Source: the human T2T-CHM13v2.0 reference genome, Homo sapiens
Strand: one strand, 5' to 3'
NCBI RefSeq assembly: GCF_009914755.1
Contig: NC_060928.1
Length of the DNA stretch: 64,000 bases
Part shown: one piece after another, positions 43,866 to 61,230 of the stretch
How the letters are laid out: each line of letters starts with the position of its first letter
How positions within the stretch are numbered: the stretch's first letter is position 1
Position numbers and translations under genes: made by a program
Notes under the pieces: model-generated
Database searches by the model: none
Told to the model about the DNA's origin: nothing
What the model saw: the letters and a program-made list of their open reading frames with translations, nothing else

Positions 43866-44425
43866 TAATTTTCTTAATTGTACTTAATTGTTATTAATTT
43901 TCTTAACTTACAGGAGTGCATAAGTTAAGACATTCCAGCTTTGTGAGTGTGTATGAATTACTTGTTTACAGCCTTTGCTCATACATATTAGGTTGTTTAA
44001 TTGCCTTTTGACTTTGTCTAACTTTTGTAAACATTTTAAATTTTGGTGTAATGAATCTATCAATCCTTCCCTTGATGATTTAAGTTTTTGTCTTAAGAAC
44101 TCTTTCCCTATCTCAAAGTCTTAAAAATTATTAGACAAAGATGTAAGACTCAATTTAATAGTTGCTTTTTGCTCTTAAGTATTTGATTCATGTAAAATAT
44201 ATTTTATATGATTTGAGGTAGAGACATAATTGTATTTTTTCTATATGGTGAGCCAGTTTAACCAGAACCACTTAATAAATTATCTGTCCTTTCTCTACAG
44301 ATGCTGCTTCTATTGTATTCACTTACCCTTCAAACAGGTAGTCACTGCTTCATTCCCCATGGCCTAGAATAGTGCCCCTAAAACAGGAGTACCCAATAAT
44401 GGGCAACATGCCTGTACTCCTGAAG

Positions 44426-44532
44426 CAGAGTGTTCAATCTTTTGGCTTACCTGGGCCACACTGGAAGAATCATCTTAGGCCACACGTAAAATACACTAAT
44501 ACTAATGATAGCTGATGAGCTTTAAAAAAAAA
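44426..44532 (+). mobile_element. MER30 left half
   Basis: CAATCTTTTGGCTT.CCTGGGCCACA...TAAAATACACTAA..CTAATGATAGCTGATGAGCT+A run. Confidence 0.8.
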
Positions 44533-44533
44533 T

Positions 44534-46132
<1,599 letters not shown>

Positions 46133-46632
46133 CATGTGTATCTTTCCGGCCAGGCTCTGAGCTCACAATCACAGGGATTGTGTCTTTTTTGTCTTTATCT
46201 CCAAAGTCTAGCATAATGCTCATATGTCAATAATTGTTCTGGTAATTTTATCCTAAATTTGCCCTAAATATAATTTCAAAAGAGCTTTAGGGGTAATAGG
46301 GCATGAAACAAAATTAAACTATGTTTTGAATTTCTTTCTTCAATACTCAGAGACAGAGAAAATTATAACATTCAATTACATATTTACTTTTATTTACATT
46401 AGTAAGGCTGTAAATTATGAATGTAAATGTGCTTAGCTAGAACAAATATTGCTCAGAATAAAAAAGATATACAAATATAATGCTAATATACAATATAGGC
46501 TATCATAAAAATTTGTATTTGTGTACACACATACATAATTGGCTACATTCGACAATGGGGTTCATTTGATTCCTCCGTAGTAATTAGAACAGGAGACTTA
46601 ACTGATTACAGCCATGATGCGGTTACTTAAAA

Positions 46633-46680
46633 ACACACACACACACACGCACACAGGCACAGGCACACACATGCACACCC
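46633..46680. repeat. Imperfect (CA)n
   Basis: Direct reading. Confidence 0.8.
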
Positions 46681-49016
46681 CACATAAATAAGTTTGGGAA
46701 AATTTTAAATTTTCTCACTTAGGACTTTTCAAAGCCATCTCAAAGGAGCTTCCTCAAAACATTTAATGTTGGCATCACCCCACAAGTACTCAGAAATAAG
46801 TGTTAAAATAGAAATCCAATCCAGTAATGGGAAACTGACTTAGATTATCTTATTTGTTTGTATATTTATTTGTCATCTATCTCTCTTATTCACTGCTCTA
46901 TTTTCAACATCTACAATAGTGCTTAGTAATGAATACACATGCAGTACACAAAGGTGCTAACACAATACATGACTAATGATGAGGGCTATGCACATTTATA
47001 CAGAATGAGAATTATTTAGTCCAAAAAATATCTGGAAAGCATAAATGCTGTAATTGGATAAAGCTAAAATTCCATTACTCTATTGAAATCAGATATCAAG
47101 TGATACTTCTAAACTAAACGTGAGGTAATGGTTGAAAAGGGATTAAAACACTGGAATTTGGGCATGCCAAATCCAAATCATTGAATATTCAATTACAGAT
47201 CTAATAAAGCAGGTAGACCATGAATAGGATAATTGCATATGGAGACCTTGGTTCCAGTCGCGACTATGTCACTGTGAGATTTTGGCCAATGAGGTACAAT
47301 TTCCTCAATTATAAAATGCATTAGAAATAGCTGCCCTCTCTTCTTTACAGAAGAGTTGTAAGAAACAAATACAATCGAATTTATATACTCTTATTATTTA
47401 ATCATCCATTACAAGCAAAATGTAAATGTGATTGTCCTTACTACAATCAACACTGAAAACAGTGAATTCAGGATGTTGCTGTGGCAGGCCAGAGGTGGGT
47501 CTCTTGAGTCTCCATTGAAATAACTTGCTGGCCAGCAAGTTAGTGGACAGCGTCCAGCTGCGCCTTCTGGATTGGCCACAGCATTTGCAGGTCTTTTTTT
47601 TTTGTTGTTTTTCTTTTTCCCAGGATAGCCCCAGACAATGACTTAACAGGATGGGGCACTAAGACCCAGACATTACTGCCCAGCGTAACACTGTCTCCTC
47701 TCTGGGCAAACTTTGCTTTGGGCCTCACTATGAGCTGGCCAAGACTCTCCCAGAGCTGTGTCTGAATCTCATGCTTTTTCTCCTCACTCCCCACACCTCC
47801 CCTCTTCCCTCTCACAGGTGGGAGCCTGAAAGCCCACCCCATACCCATACTTCTGTTTCTTCTCCCTTTTATCTTTCTCAAACATTAACCTCCAATCAGT
47901 GTTTGCACTTCTAACTTTGTCCTGGTGTCTGAGTTCTAGAAAACCCGACACCCAATCCCTCAAACCCCAATCACCCGAAGCAGCCCATGTCAGTATTTTC
48001 CATTTTATATTTTTTACAGAAGTGTTCAAATACATAAAAATATTGTAAGCTTTTTATTGCAAGATGTTTAATTTCTTTTTTTTCTTCCTTTTCCCCTCAT
48101 TCTTGCTGTCATCTTAAGGATGCTGAATTTCTACTTCTTTTTTCTTCTTGGAATTATATGTTGTATTTGTGAACAAGAGACGATAAAATATTATTTCAAA
48201 CATACACCTTATCAAATGCTAACCCCCACTTGACATTCACCTATTTTATCAACAGCAATGGTTGAGAGGACTCATAGACATTTCTTGAGAACATAGCATT
48301 GAATGGCATGGCCTCAATGAATCAGTGAGTTGGAGGTATCAGTAATCTCCCAATAGCTTTTTAGGGTGAGGGTCAGATTCCTTCTTAATGTGAGCCTGGA
48401 GCTCTTCTGTAAAGTCCTTGTTTCCATACTGTCCCTGGCTTGTTGAATTCCAGTAGAGAATGACCAGCAACCATACAGCTTTTAGCTTTGACCGGACCAG
48501 TGAGTTCTTTCGTATCCAAGCTCCAATTTAAACACTCTTGTCTCTTGGTTCTATGTAATCCTCTGCAGGCATACTCTACGATAGGCTCAGCTGGGTCTCA
48601 AAAGTTCCAGCTTTACAAATAGCTGCTTCATTAAATGCTCCTGATGTAACTTATAGGCATCACTTCACATTGACCTTGTGAAAGGAGAACACCTGAGCAG
48701 GTATTTGGATAGTGGGTAGATGCTAAGAGCTTTTCCCAGAGAGCTCATTGTCTGCTGTCTTACAAAAGAGATAATCCTGCACATTGTTTTTATTGTTTTC
48801 ATTTGCTTCTATTGCCTTTTAATTATTTTTGGTTTTCTTTCTGCATCAATGCTACAATTACATAAATACTCTATGAATTTCCTTTGTAAGCTTTGGTAGC
48901 ATTTGGCATCATGATATACTGTTATTTTCGACAGACAGTATGTTTTTTAAAAAAGCTTATTCCCACTAGAAGAGTTTATTTATTTTAAGGTGGTAAATCT
49001 GTATTTTCAAATTGTT

Positions 49017-49050
<34 letters not shown>

Positions 49051-49617
49051 AGCTTTTCAACTTGATTGTAAAATGTCACAGCGCAGAGAATGTACCTGGG
49101 AAGATGAGCTTGCATGGAGCCAGGCAAAGCAGATTACAATCTGGGCTCTCTTCTCATATTGAGTAAGATCAATAGCTACTTCGAGCCTCTGTTTCCTCAT
49201 CTTTATTATAAAACAATAATAAAATTAAATCCTCTTAACCTCTACAGGGAATAATATCATGGCCTGTGCAACGTTACTGCAAGAATTAGCACTAATTTGA
49301 GGACAGTTTTTCTCTGTCTTTGAATGGAAGTCCATAATTGGAATTGTTAATACAATTTTTAGTTTCCCTCAGACATATGCTTCCCTGAAGGCTAGTGTAG
49401 GATATAATCTGAGCTCTGTACTATGAATGTGTTAATTCCATTTGACTTAAAGCTACTTGAAGCAGATGATGCTGGAGGCTGGTCCCATGACCGTTTCACA
49501 CCCTAGTCAGAGGATTTTCAGTTTCTGTCTTCAAGGTGACATTCACAATTGCTGGTTTTCCATACCACATTTCTTCCCTATATTTGAATTTCTAGGATTA
49601 CAATAAAAGAGAGCTAA

Positions 49618-49939
<322 letters not shown>

Positions 49940-50192
49940 CAGCATCTTTAGTGTAAGAAATCATCCACACATTGTAGATAGGTAAGGCCCAACAACTGAC
50001 ATAAAGGCAGCGCAGTGTCCTGTAAAGAGCACAGATTTGGGAATTTCCCATAGACTTGTCTTGCACTGGCTGCAAACATTTAAGCAACAGCTTCTGGTGC
50101 CCTTTGCTGCTCGCCTGTATCATGAGCATAATGGCTATGTTTATAGTATTTTTTGTTGTTGTTTTTTAGAAGATACTTTTAAAACCCTAGTT

Positions 50193-50240
50193 TTTATTTT
50201 TGTTTATTTTCCAGTGGCCAGTTACTAGAATGTTTTTATT
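50193..50240 (-). terminator. CLNK: Cluster of three AATAAA poly(A) signals (proximal CLNK PAS)
   Basis: TTTATT on + strand at 50193-50198, 50203-50208 and 50235-50240, 200-250 nt after the stop. Confidence 0.6.
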
Positions 50241-50440
50241 TTTTGCATGTTATAAATATTTTCTCTGTGGTTTGAACTTTCAAAACCGTGAGTGATTTTC
50301 CACTCTCTGTTATAGAGTGTTTTTCTTTTCTCCAAAGTTAAAAAAGTTGTCCCTTGAAGGCACAGAAAATAAACTTTTGAAATCAATGAAAACAATGGAA
50401 GCGCTGAATCCAGTAAACCAAAGATAACACAAAGACCAGG

Positions 50441-50587
50441 CTACAGAGGCAAGAGGTGTCTGGTGAGAGGGAGTGGCTGAGTGAGGTGACACTGTTTCCT
50501 GTGGACCCCAGTTTTATCTTTCCCATCAATTAGTATAATGGGAAAATTCTTGTAGTGTTCGATGATGTCTTCTACTGAATCAAACTT
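50441..50587 (-). CDS. CLNK: CLNK last coding exon: KFDSVEDIIEHYKNFPIILIDGKDKTGVHRKQCHLTQPLPLTRHLLPL*
   Basis: Acceptor CTTTCTTTTCTGTGTTTCAG; 147 nt, in frame with the previous exon; F.SV..II.HY is the SH2 alphaB helix; ends at TAG 50443-50441. Confidence 0.92.
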   Translation of the reverse strand, partial: KFDSVEDIIEHYKNFPIILIDGKDKTGVHRKQCHLTQPLPLTRHLLPL

Positions 50588-50697
50588 CTGAAACACAGAA
50601 AAGAAAGTTAATGACTTTTAAAATATCTTTTGTGTCTGTAGGTTAAAGTATAGCCAAGGTGCTTCATTTTGCATGGGGAAGAGGTGAACCAATTTAA

Positions 50698-51039
<342 letters not shown>

Positions 51040-51742
51040 GGAAGTAGTTTTTAAAAAGAATATGGCAAGCTTGAAGGATGAGTGATAAGAATGATAACAA
51101 GAGAGAAAAAAATTCTTGAGAGAACCAAAAGTGAGCCCTATGGCAGCTCTTTAAACTTCCTATACAGGGAGTTTCCCCTCTCTGGAATCAGATCACACTG
51201 GTCAAGTTCCATTCTATTGTTATCACAACCTTTCTATGCTAAGGACTCAGATGGGTTAATTACACAGCAATCAAGCCTTGGAATCTCTGTTGCCTCCCAA
51301 ACCTCAACCTTAGCTCTGACCAGCAAAAATATAGAAGATGTAGGCTCGAATGTAGTATTGGTGGGCAATGCCTGCAGTGAGCTTGCCCTCCAGTAACGAA
51401 GTCTAAGGAATTCTAGTATACATAGAAAGAACAGGGACAACCACGGGGCTGCTTAGCTAATTTAGCTGCCCTCCTTAAGCTTCTTGTGAAATAATGAGGT
51501 AGCTGCAGATTTCAGTGTTTCTAGATACACAGATAAAATGTTATGACAATTTAACGGAAAGTAAGATTATTTCAGGTTTAGGGAAATGGGGAAGTGCTTT
51601 GTCAAGGACACAGACTTGAAATGGGCTATGTTATGGGTCATTCCAGATAAGTAGACAGGAGGGTTTAAAGACATTAAAAGCAGAGAATGTACAGGACCAT
51701 GCATAAGGACAGGTATTGAGAAGACTTGAGCATATATAGTAA

Positions 51743-51940
51743 TTTTTTTTTTTAATTTCAACAGCTTTAGAGGTATAAGTGGCTTTTGGTTACATGGATG
51801 AATTGTATAATGGTGAAGTTTGGGCTTTAGTGTACCCATCACCCAGATAATATACATTGTATGTACCCAGTAGGTGATTTTTCATCCCTTAGCCCCCTTC
51901 TCACCCTCTCCCTCTCTGAGCCTTCAATGTCCATTCTGCA
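51743..51940 (-). mobile_element. L1PB/MA 3' fragment
   Basis: TTTTGGTTACATGGATGAATTGTATAATGGTGAAG...GTACCCATCACCC. Confidence 0.7.
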
Positions 51941-52974
51941 TACACAGTAATTCTGATCAGGTGAGTTTGGATAAGTTCCTGAAGGAGTATATTGGGAGAT
52001 AATTAGGAAGAGCTTGCTCAACCTGCCTCCCATGTTTCAAGACAACTTAGATCCTCCTTAGCAAGCCTGTGAGGTGAACAGGGCAGGGGGAATGATCTTC
52101 CCTAAAGAGCGAAGGGAATTTCAGCTCAGAGAAGTGGACCGCCTTACTCAGAGTCTCCCATGGCTAGGGAGGATGAGACCAGGAATGAAGGCTCACTTTT
52201 CTGGATACTTCTTTTTATTTTTCAGCTTTGCCTATAGCTTGTGACCTCTGATGCTCCAACAAACCAGGGTAGAGATGACATAGCCTGAAGAAAGGGAGCC
52301 GTGTGGGGGCTACTCTGCCTCTGATTTGGTTTTGTCCACTCCTTCCTCTGTCCGGGGCATCCTAGGTGCAGCAATGTTGCAAGGCCTCAGGAATAGCCAA
52401 TGGAGAATGAGATTGGCCAGTTAGGACCTCACAGGGATGACGTTCTGTTGGGAGCAGGCAGAAAATAATTTCCTATGCAAACAAATAATTTCATTTAGAG
52501 CTATGTGCTGTGAAAATTGTCCGTTGAGGCTTAAGAACTTCACCAGGTCGCTCAGAGGCTTCCCTCGGGGCTGTTGGGAGGGAACGTTCTTTTCTGTTAG
52601 AGGCGCACTGAATAGAAAGCAATTAAAACGCTATAAACCTGTGACTTCCAGGGTCATCTCCTCCTTCCCACCGTCATGTGGGATGGGGGGAGGGGGTGTG
52701 TGAAGAGCAAACAGACACCACGCTGGGGATAAAAACGTGGGGAAAGAAATGTAGAGTGGGAATGTCTTGATGTTAACTAGTCCCTGGATCGAGTCCATTT
52801 CTGTCCTTTCTGGTTACATTACAACACATTTCCTTCTCTCCCGCCTGAGCTCATTTGAATTGGGGTTTGTCTTTTCACACCCAAAGAGTCCTGGTTCAAT
52901 CTGTAAGTCCCTTGTCCTTCTGAAACCTTTACTGGATCTGCAGCAGTTTCCAATGAGATAACCTATGTGTCAGT

Positions 52975-53620
<646 letters not shown>

Positions 53621-53714
53621 CACCCATATTACGTATACAATAAATATGAGTTTCTACCTGATGCTAAGGTAAGGTACTTTCCCCATTGTCCAATGGGGAG
53701 ATTAATCTCTACTA

Positions 53715-53960
53715 CAGCAGGGTAATTGTAACCAGAGAGCCTGTGGAGCCTAAATGCCTGAGTTCAAAGCCTGGCTCTCCCAACCACTAGCAGTGTGACT
53801 GTCAGCAAGTTTCTTGCATTCTCTGTGCCTCAGTTATTCTATGAACAGTGATGGTAACGATAGGACCTAACTTTGAGATTCATTGTGAGAATGGAATTGA
53901 TGCATATGCAGTACAGCATTCAGAAGAAAGTGTGACACACAGTGAGTGCTCAGCACATGC
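53715..53960 (+). mobile_element. MIR
   Basis: GAGTTCAAAGCCTGGCTCT...CTCTGTGCCTCAGTT. Confidence 0.6.
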
Positions 53961-54383
53961 CAGGCCTTACGATTAACTCCTCCCTTCTAGCTTTGCCAAG
54001 AACATCATGAGAGAGCAATGCAATCACCAAGAAGTTTGTAGACCATTACTGTAAGCCTTTAGGAAGAGAAGAATTTTCTGTATTTCATTTCCAATTTTAA
54101 ACCAAGCACAAAGTTTTCTTTCTCTGTCTTCATGCTTGCTAAAACAAAAAGTGAATAACAACCACACACAAAAAAACTTTTTATGCAGAACTCTTTCACA
54201 AAATTGGTTAAATCCACATCACAAAAAAGGAAATCTTTCCTAGTTTCAGTCTTCAGAGGGAAGATGATTTCTTTGTCCTAGTATCATTCCTGTTTTAAGA
54301 TTGTCCCAAAATAATACATTTGCTATTAATTGTTTTAATAATCTGCTACATGGATGACATTTCATATGAAATTGTAACTTTAA

Positions 54384-54731
<348 letters not shown>

Positions 54732-55517
54732 TGGTCCTTTCTTATTATTGGTTTCTAATGATGGGGTCAAAATTGAAATATTGCCCTGAAGAGACTTTTT
54801 AAAAAGATTATATTCAAGCTCTCTTACATATTGAATAATCTTTTCCAGGGGGACAACCAATGTTATGCTATTATTAGATCTTAAAATCTGTTTAAACCTT
54901 TTGTGTTTATTCTATATATGAACTGTGGGCGATGTTTCCTTGCCAGAAAAGTAAAGAAATCTGTTTGGGTACACACATGAGAGTGAAAGAAGGAAAGGGG
55001 GAGAAAAGAGAAAGAGAGATAAATGCCAAGCAAGCAGGAGGAGAAGGAAGGAGACAGAGAAGGTGTGAAAAAAACCCATGGGTTAATTATTTGTCTCTGT
55101 TCTTTAGTCTTTAACGTTTAGTTTATCATGTAAATATCTATGGTGGTTTTTAGAAACTTATAAACATTTGTAGAACAAAAGGAGAGATCTGGAAATTGAA
55201 ATTGAAATGTCCCTTCTCTGAGATTTCACAGAAATGTTGACAAACATGACTTATAAAACTGAGATGCAGGGCTGATGTTTGGCAGCACTTAAGCTCCGCA
55301 GGTTGTTTAAGGCAGGTGCCTCCTTGGCTGGCTAGGGCTGATGTTCTACCAATCTCATTCTTGCTTAGGTGCCTACAGAGATCGGCACAGGTGCACAGGG
55401 TATTCCCTGGATGGCAGGGACTTGACATGACTCTTTCTGTGTTCCCAGAATGCAACACTGAGTCTAACATACTGTAGGCTTACAATTAATGCTTGGACAA
55501 TAAATAAGTAAAGGAGC

Positions 55518-56040
55518 AGTGGGTGCTAAATGATTCCCCCCAATATGTCCATGTCCTAATCCCAGAATCTGGAATATGACCTTACATTGTAGAAGAGCTA
55601 ATACTATTTTACATGGTATAATACAGGATAAAGTTAAGGATCCTGAGAAGGGGTGCTTATCCGAGGTTATCCCAGTAGGCCCTAAAAGCAATCATGTGTT
55701 TCTTCATAAGATAGGAGCAGTGGAAGATTTTGATGAGAGAAGAGGAGAAGGTCACGTGACCATAGAGAGAGAGATGAGGAGAAGGTCACGTGACCATAGA
55801 GAGAGAGAGAGATGAGGAGAAGGTCACGTGATCATAGAGGCAGAGACTGGAGCGACGTGGCCATAAACCAAGGAAGACAAGGATTGCTGGCAGCCACGGA
55901 AAGCTGGAAGAGGCCAGGAGTGATTCTCCCCTGGAGCCTCCAGAAGGAGTGTGGCCCTGCTGATACCATGATATTGGACTCCTGGCCTCCAGCACTGTGA
56001 AACAAGAAATTTCAGTTGTTTTAAACTGCAAAGTTTCTGG
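55518..56040 (+). mobile_element. MLT1 (C/D-like) LTR
   Basis: ATGTCCATGTCCTAATCCCAGAATC..GAATATGACCTTACAT...GGACTCCTGGCCTCCAGCACTGTGA...GTTGTTTTAA. Confidence 0.8.
55742..55839 (+). repeat. Tandem repeat (3 units, 34-38 bp), each with GTCACGTGA
   Basis: GAGGAGAAGGTCACGTGACCATA(GA)nT units; motifs start at 55751, 55785 and 55823. Confidence 0.92.
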
Positions 56041-56635
56041 GGAAGGGAATACTTATTAAGCACATGCCTCTATGTGTCTGCCACTATTTACATCAACTCA
56101 TGTCACACTCAAAATAACTCCCAAGAGTTAGGCATTGCTGCATCATCTGTGTGGTTAAATTCAAAAGTTGCAAGATAGCTACAAAACTACATGAAATTAA
56201 AATAATCTTTGAAGATGCTGTTTCTCATTATGTTTTTCCTGCTGAGTTGGGTGAAGATGCTTTCTTTAATTGAACCGTGGCTAAAGTAGCTAGTTGTTGG
56301 CTTGCATTTAGCAGAGCCTTGCTATGTAAAATGCCTTTATCTTGTTTTAAAGAGGCGTGATTCTTCCTCAGCAAGACAAAAGGCTCACGCTGTGAAAAGC
56401 ATGAGGGAACTGAGTGAAATCCAGACCGTCTTCCTCTTACACAGGGCACAGCTCCCTCAGAGGGAAGGCAGGAAGAACCACCTGTGAATTGTCATTTTTT
56501 ACCCACTGCCTGGAACACAGTAAGCTCCAAGTAAGTGTTAACTATTCTTTAACTGTGATTCAACCTGCAATGTTTTCAAACGGGTGGGGGATTGCTTGTA
56601 TTTGCCATGGTGTTATTTGAGTCTGTTTGTGGAAG

Positions 56636-57031
56636 CGAGGCATGAGAACAGGGTCTGGAGGCAGGGAATCTAAGGACTTCCTAGAACCAAATCAAATGGA
56701 AACACTTCAGTTATGACAGGAAGTATCCTTTCTATTTACATAGGGCCTACACTGAGTAAATGACTTTGTAACTTTACTTCATCCTCTTGGTTTACATAGG
56801 GCGAACACCAAGTAACCAATGGAAACCTCTAGCAGATATTTAAACCGCAGAAAATTCTTTAAGGGTACTCTTGAGCCCCTATGCCGGGGCCCGCTCCCAC
56901 CCTATGGAGTGCACTTTCATTTTCGATAAATCTCTGTTTTTGTTGCTTCATTCTTTCCTTGCTTTGTTTGTGTGTTTTGTCCAATTCTTTGTTCAAGATG
57001 CCAAGAATCTGGATACCTTCAACTGGTAATG
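56636..57031 (+). mobile_element. MER51A-like ERV1 solo LTR
   Basis: AGGGTCTGGAGGCAGGGAATCTAAGG...GCCAAGAATCTGGATACC; 4-bp TSD GAAG on both sides. Confidence 0.8.
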
Positions 57032-57836
57032 GAAGTCAATGTTTTGCAAACTATACCGCATCCCAGAATTGCCGTTTACTAGCTGTGACTTTGGGCCAGA
57101 TACTTAGTATTTCTGTGCCTCAGTTTCACAGTTTGTTAAATTGAAATATTGATAGCACCTACCCCAGAGGTTGGCTATGAAGATTCAATAGATCAAATTA
57201 GTCATTAATGGCTAACTGCACAGAATAGTTCCAGTGCATATAAAACCCCACCAAAACTCAGGATTCTGCCTTGGATTTCTTTCTCATTGCTTGCTTTATG
57301 TATATATATATTTATATTATTAGTGAATGCTTTAATTGATTCATTCTTTCACCTGTGGAAATGTATGTTCAACACATGTATGGGAAAAAAATAAGGAACG
57401 CAAAGGAGGAGAAAATTCCAGATGAACACAGAAAGGAGCTTCTTAAAACAGACATTTGGTTCTCTCAGGGTTCCTTGGTGACAGTAATTAGAGCAGCTCA
57501 TCTGGAGGCGGAGGGTCTAATCTATGGCCTGCCATAGGAGATGCTCCTTATTTGCCAAGATAGTCAGTGAACCGGCTGACAGTCTGATTAAGCTGTTAGG
57601 ATATTATCACAGAGTCACTCTACTTCCTCTTCTTTATTAGCAGACCAAAGTGGGGCATGTTGGAAAAAAAGCAGTAACTATCTCAGGTCTCAGTTTCCTT
57701 GCCAGTAAATGAGGTTCATTAATATGTCCTTTCCAGAGCTTTTTCAAGAACTCCATGTGAGAGCAAATTAAACAGCATTTGGCCCAAGGCCCTGGCACAT
57801 GCAAAGGCACACCATGTCCACGTCCTCTATTCTCTA

Positions 57837-58580
<744 letters not shown>

Positions 58581-58877
58581 TTACCATAGGCATCTTAGGG
58601 CTACTATATCCTACTTATTAAAATGACTCAGGAATAGTAATGAAAATATAACTAAAATTTATTGTGGGCTTGATAGGTCCCAGGCACTGTTCTAAGTGTT
58701 TTACATTTATTAACTTGCCAATCCTCTCCACAAAATGAAGAACTGACCACTTCTGTCTTTCGTGTTAACGTAGCACTTTCTCAATGTGGTTGTACCTGGT
58801 AGATTTATGTATTAATCTATGGATTCACTCATGCACTTGTTCATGTCACAGTGTTCCCGGGCTGTAGCAAATGGTGG

Positions 58878-59389
58878 TGTGGGATATGATGAAGATTCTC
58901 TTCAAATAATCCGATCAAACTTTTATTCTTTAATTCATTGTACCCCCGCCCCCCCAACCCTTGTCCTTTTTCTCCTGTTTTCCTTTTTGCCTTTGTTAGA
59001 TGCCCAGGCACGCCACAGTACCAGGCATTATCAGTACCAGCTCACATTCCTTTCCTTATTTGGAAAGAGGACTAACTTTTTAGCTCATTACAGACACCCC
59101 TTCCCCTTCCTCTCCACTTTCTTTTATATGCCTACTTTATCTAAAAAAAATCAAATGTTTAGCCAACTGGGATTAGTTTAGATTGTAAGACCTGACCCCA
59201 GCCAATGGGGAAAGGGGACAGGGGCAGGACTTGTGTCAGGAATAAAGGCTCTCGTGCCCCTTTGTTCAGGTATGCTCTCATTGCGACTGTCCAAGGAGGC
59301 ACCCCTCTGTGCAGAACTAAAATTGCTTTGCTAAGAATCCTTTGTTCGAGTGTTCAATTTCCTTAGGATTTTGAGCGTTATTCCTAACA
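58878..59389 (+). mobile_element. LTR10-family (HERV-I/ERV1) solo LTR
   Basis: TGTGGGATATGATG...TGAGCGTTATTCCTAACA; TG...CA ends; 4-bp TSD GTGG; internal CCAAT and AATAAA. Confidence 0.8.
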
Positions 59390-59617
59390 GTGGTGAACTG
59401 ACCTCATGGTCGCCTCACAGGTGCTGACTACTCCTCTCCGAGTCTCAAAAAAGTGCTCTGGTCAGACACGGGATTTAAGCTGGAATCTTTATGCAGCCTG
59501 CGCATCGATTTCACACGTGTGCCTACCTGAAGCCTGTTGGCAGCCCTAGCGATGTGCCCTATTTTGTTATCTGTTGAAGAACAATCGGTATCTGTGTGAA
59601 AGTTCTGGTTTTATCCT

Positions 59618-60013
59618 GTATTAGTTTGTCAAGGCTACCGTAACTAAGCACTACAGACAAGGTGGCTTAAACAACAGAAATGTCTTTCTTCGCAGTTCTC
59701 GAGGCTGAAGTCCCAAGGTCAAGGTGTTGGAAGGCTGCTTTCTCCCACGACCCCTCTCCTTGGTTTGCAGATGGTCGACCCTTCCCAGTGTCCTCACATG
59801 GTCGCCCCTCTGTGTGTGCCTGTGTCCTAATCTCCTCTTGTCATAAGAACATCTCTCATATTGGATTAGGACTCATCCCAATAACCTTGTTTAACCTTAA
59901 TTACCTCTTTCAAAGCCCTATCTTCAAATACAGTCACATTCTGGGCTACTGAGGGTTAGGACTTCAACGTGTGGGTTTTTTGGAATGAGGGAGGCACGAT
60001 TCAGCCTATAACA
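59618..60013 (-). mobile_element. MLT1-type LTR
   Basis: TGTATTAGTTTG...GGTGGCTTAAACAACAGAAAT...AATACAGTCACATTCTG...GATTCAGCCTATAACA. Confidence 0.8.
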
Positions 60014-60373
60014 ATGCACACCCCCAGATAAAACTGAGACCTGGAGATGTTAAACAGGAATCATTAAATTATTGAAGTCTAGGCTTTAAAAGAACATTTA
60101 CATTTGAGGAAATTGAAGCCCAGAGAAGTTAAGTCACTGGACTGAGCTCACATCCTTAGAAATGGTGGCTCATAACTAACTTCGTTCCTTCCTTCCTTTA
60201 CCCCTTCCTTCATCAACAGAAGAGTTGCAAGAGAAGCCTCTCCTTCCCCCTTCCGTTACTGCCTGTGTGTCTTTGGCCATTTATTTAATTTTCTGAGCCC
60301 CAGTTTTCCTACATCTAAGATAGGAAAAATCATGACACCAAAGAGTTGTTGAGGATCAAAATAAGATACTGCT

Positions 60374-60661
60374 GGCTGGGCACAGTGGCTCACGCCTGTA
60401 ATCCCAGCACTTTGGGAGGCCAAGGCAGGCAGATCATCTGAAGTCAGTAGTTCGAGACCAGCCTGACCAACATGGTGAAACCCCATCTCTACTAAAATAT
60501 AAAAATTAGCCGGGTTTGGTGGGGCATGCCTGTAATTCCCGCTACTCAGGAGGCTGAGGCAGGAGAATCACTTGAACCTGGGAGGAGGAGGTTGCAGTGA
60601 GCCGAGATCTGTACTCTGGCCTGGGTGACAGAGTGCGTCTCTGTCTCAAAAAAAAAAAAAA
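60374..60661 (+). mobile_element. Alu
   Basis: Consensus with small right-arm deletion. Confidence 0.93.
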
Positions 60662-61230
60662 TGCAGATAGACTAGGCCTGGCATGTACATAGTCAGTGAA
60701 AATTTATCCTTTCTTGTGGATTGATTTATGTTATTCACGAATATTTTAATTGATTCACTCTTTCGCCTCCATCAGCAGATCTGTACTGAGGACAGGCATG
60801 CCCAACATAGCCCTAATGCTGTGGCTGGGTTCACATTCATTTTGGGGACACGAATCTATAGATAAGGAATTCTGACAGACATCAGAAATGTCTGCAGTGG
60901 CATTTCAGTGCTGAGGAGGGAAAGGAATTTGGCATTAGTGTATGCTCCGCTGGAAGCTTCCTGGGAGGCAGAGTTTAGATGTGTCTTGTAGAATGAGTTT
61001 TCTTTAACAGGCAACGCAGGGAATGGGGGTGCATGAAATGGTCAGAACTGGTCGCTGGCCTGGTAGGCCAAAGTGTAAGATGTGCAGATATTTGTGGAAG
61101 GGGTGGGGAGGTCAGACTGCATCCCTCTCCTTCAGGGCGGCATCCTCTTCCTCCAGGGTGACATCCCCCAAACTCTTCCTTTATTTGTTGCGCTTAGCCT
61201 GGAACAGGGAGGCTGTTAAGTTATACCCAC

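Noticed and set aside
55742-55839. Repeat with palindromic core superficially CRISPR-like
   Set aside because: Eukaryotic context, no unique spacers (only (GA)n), no cas genes.
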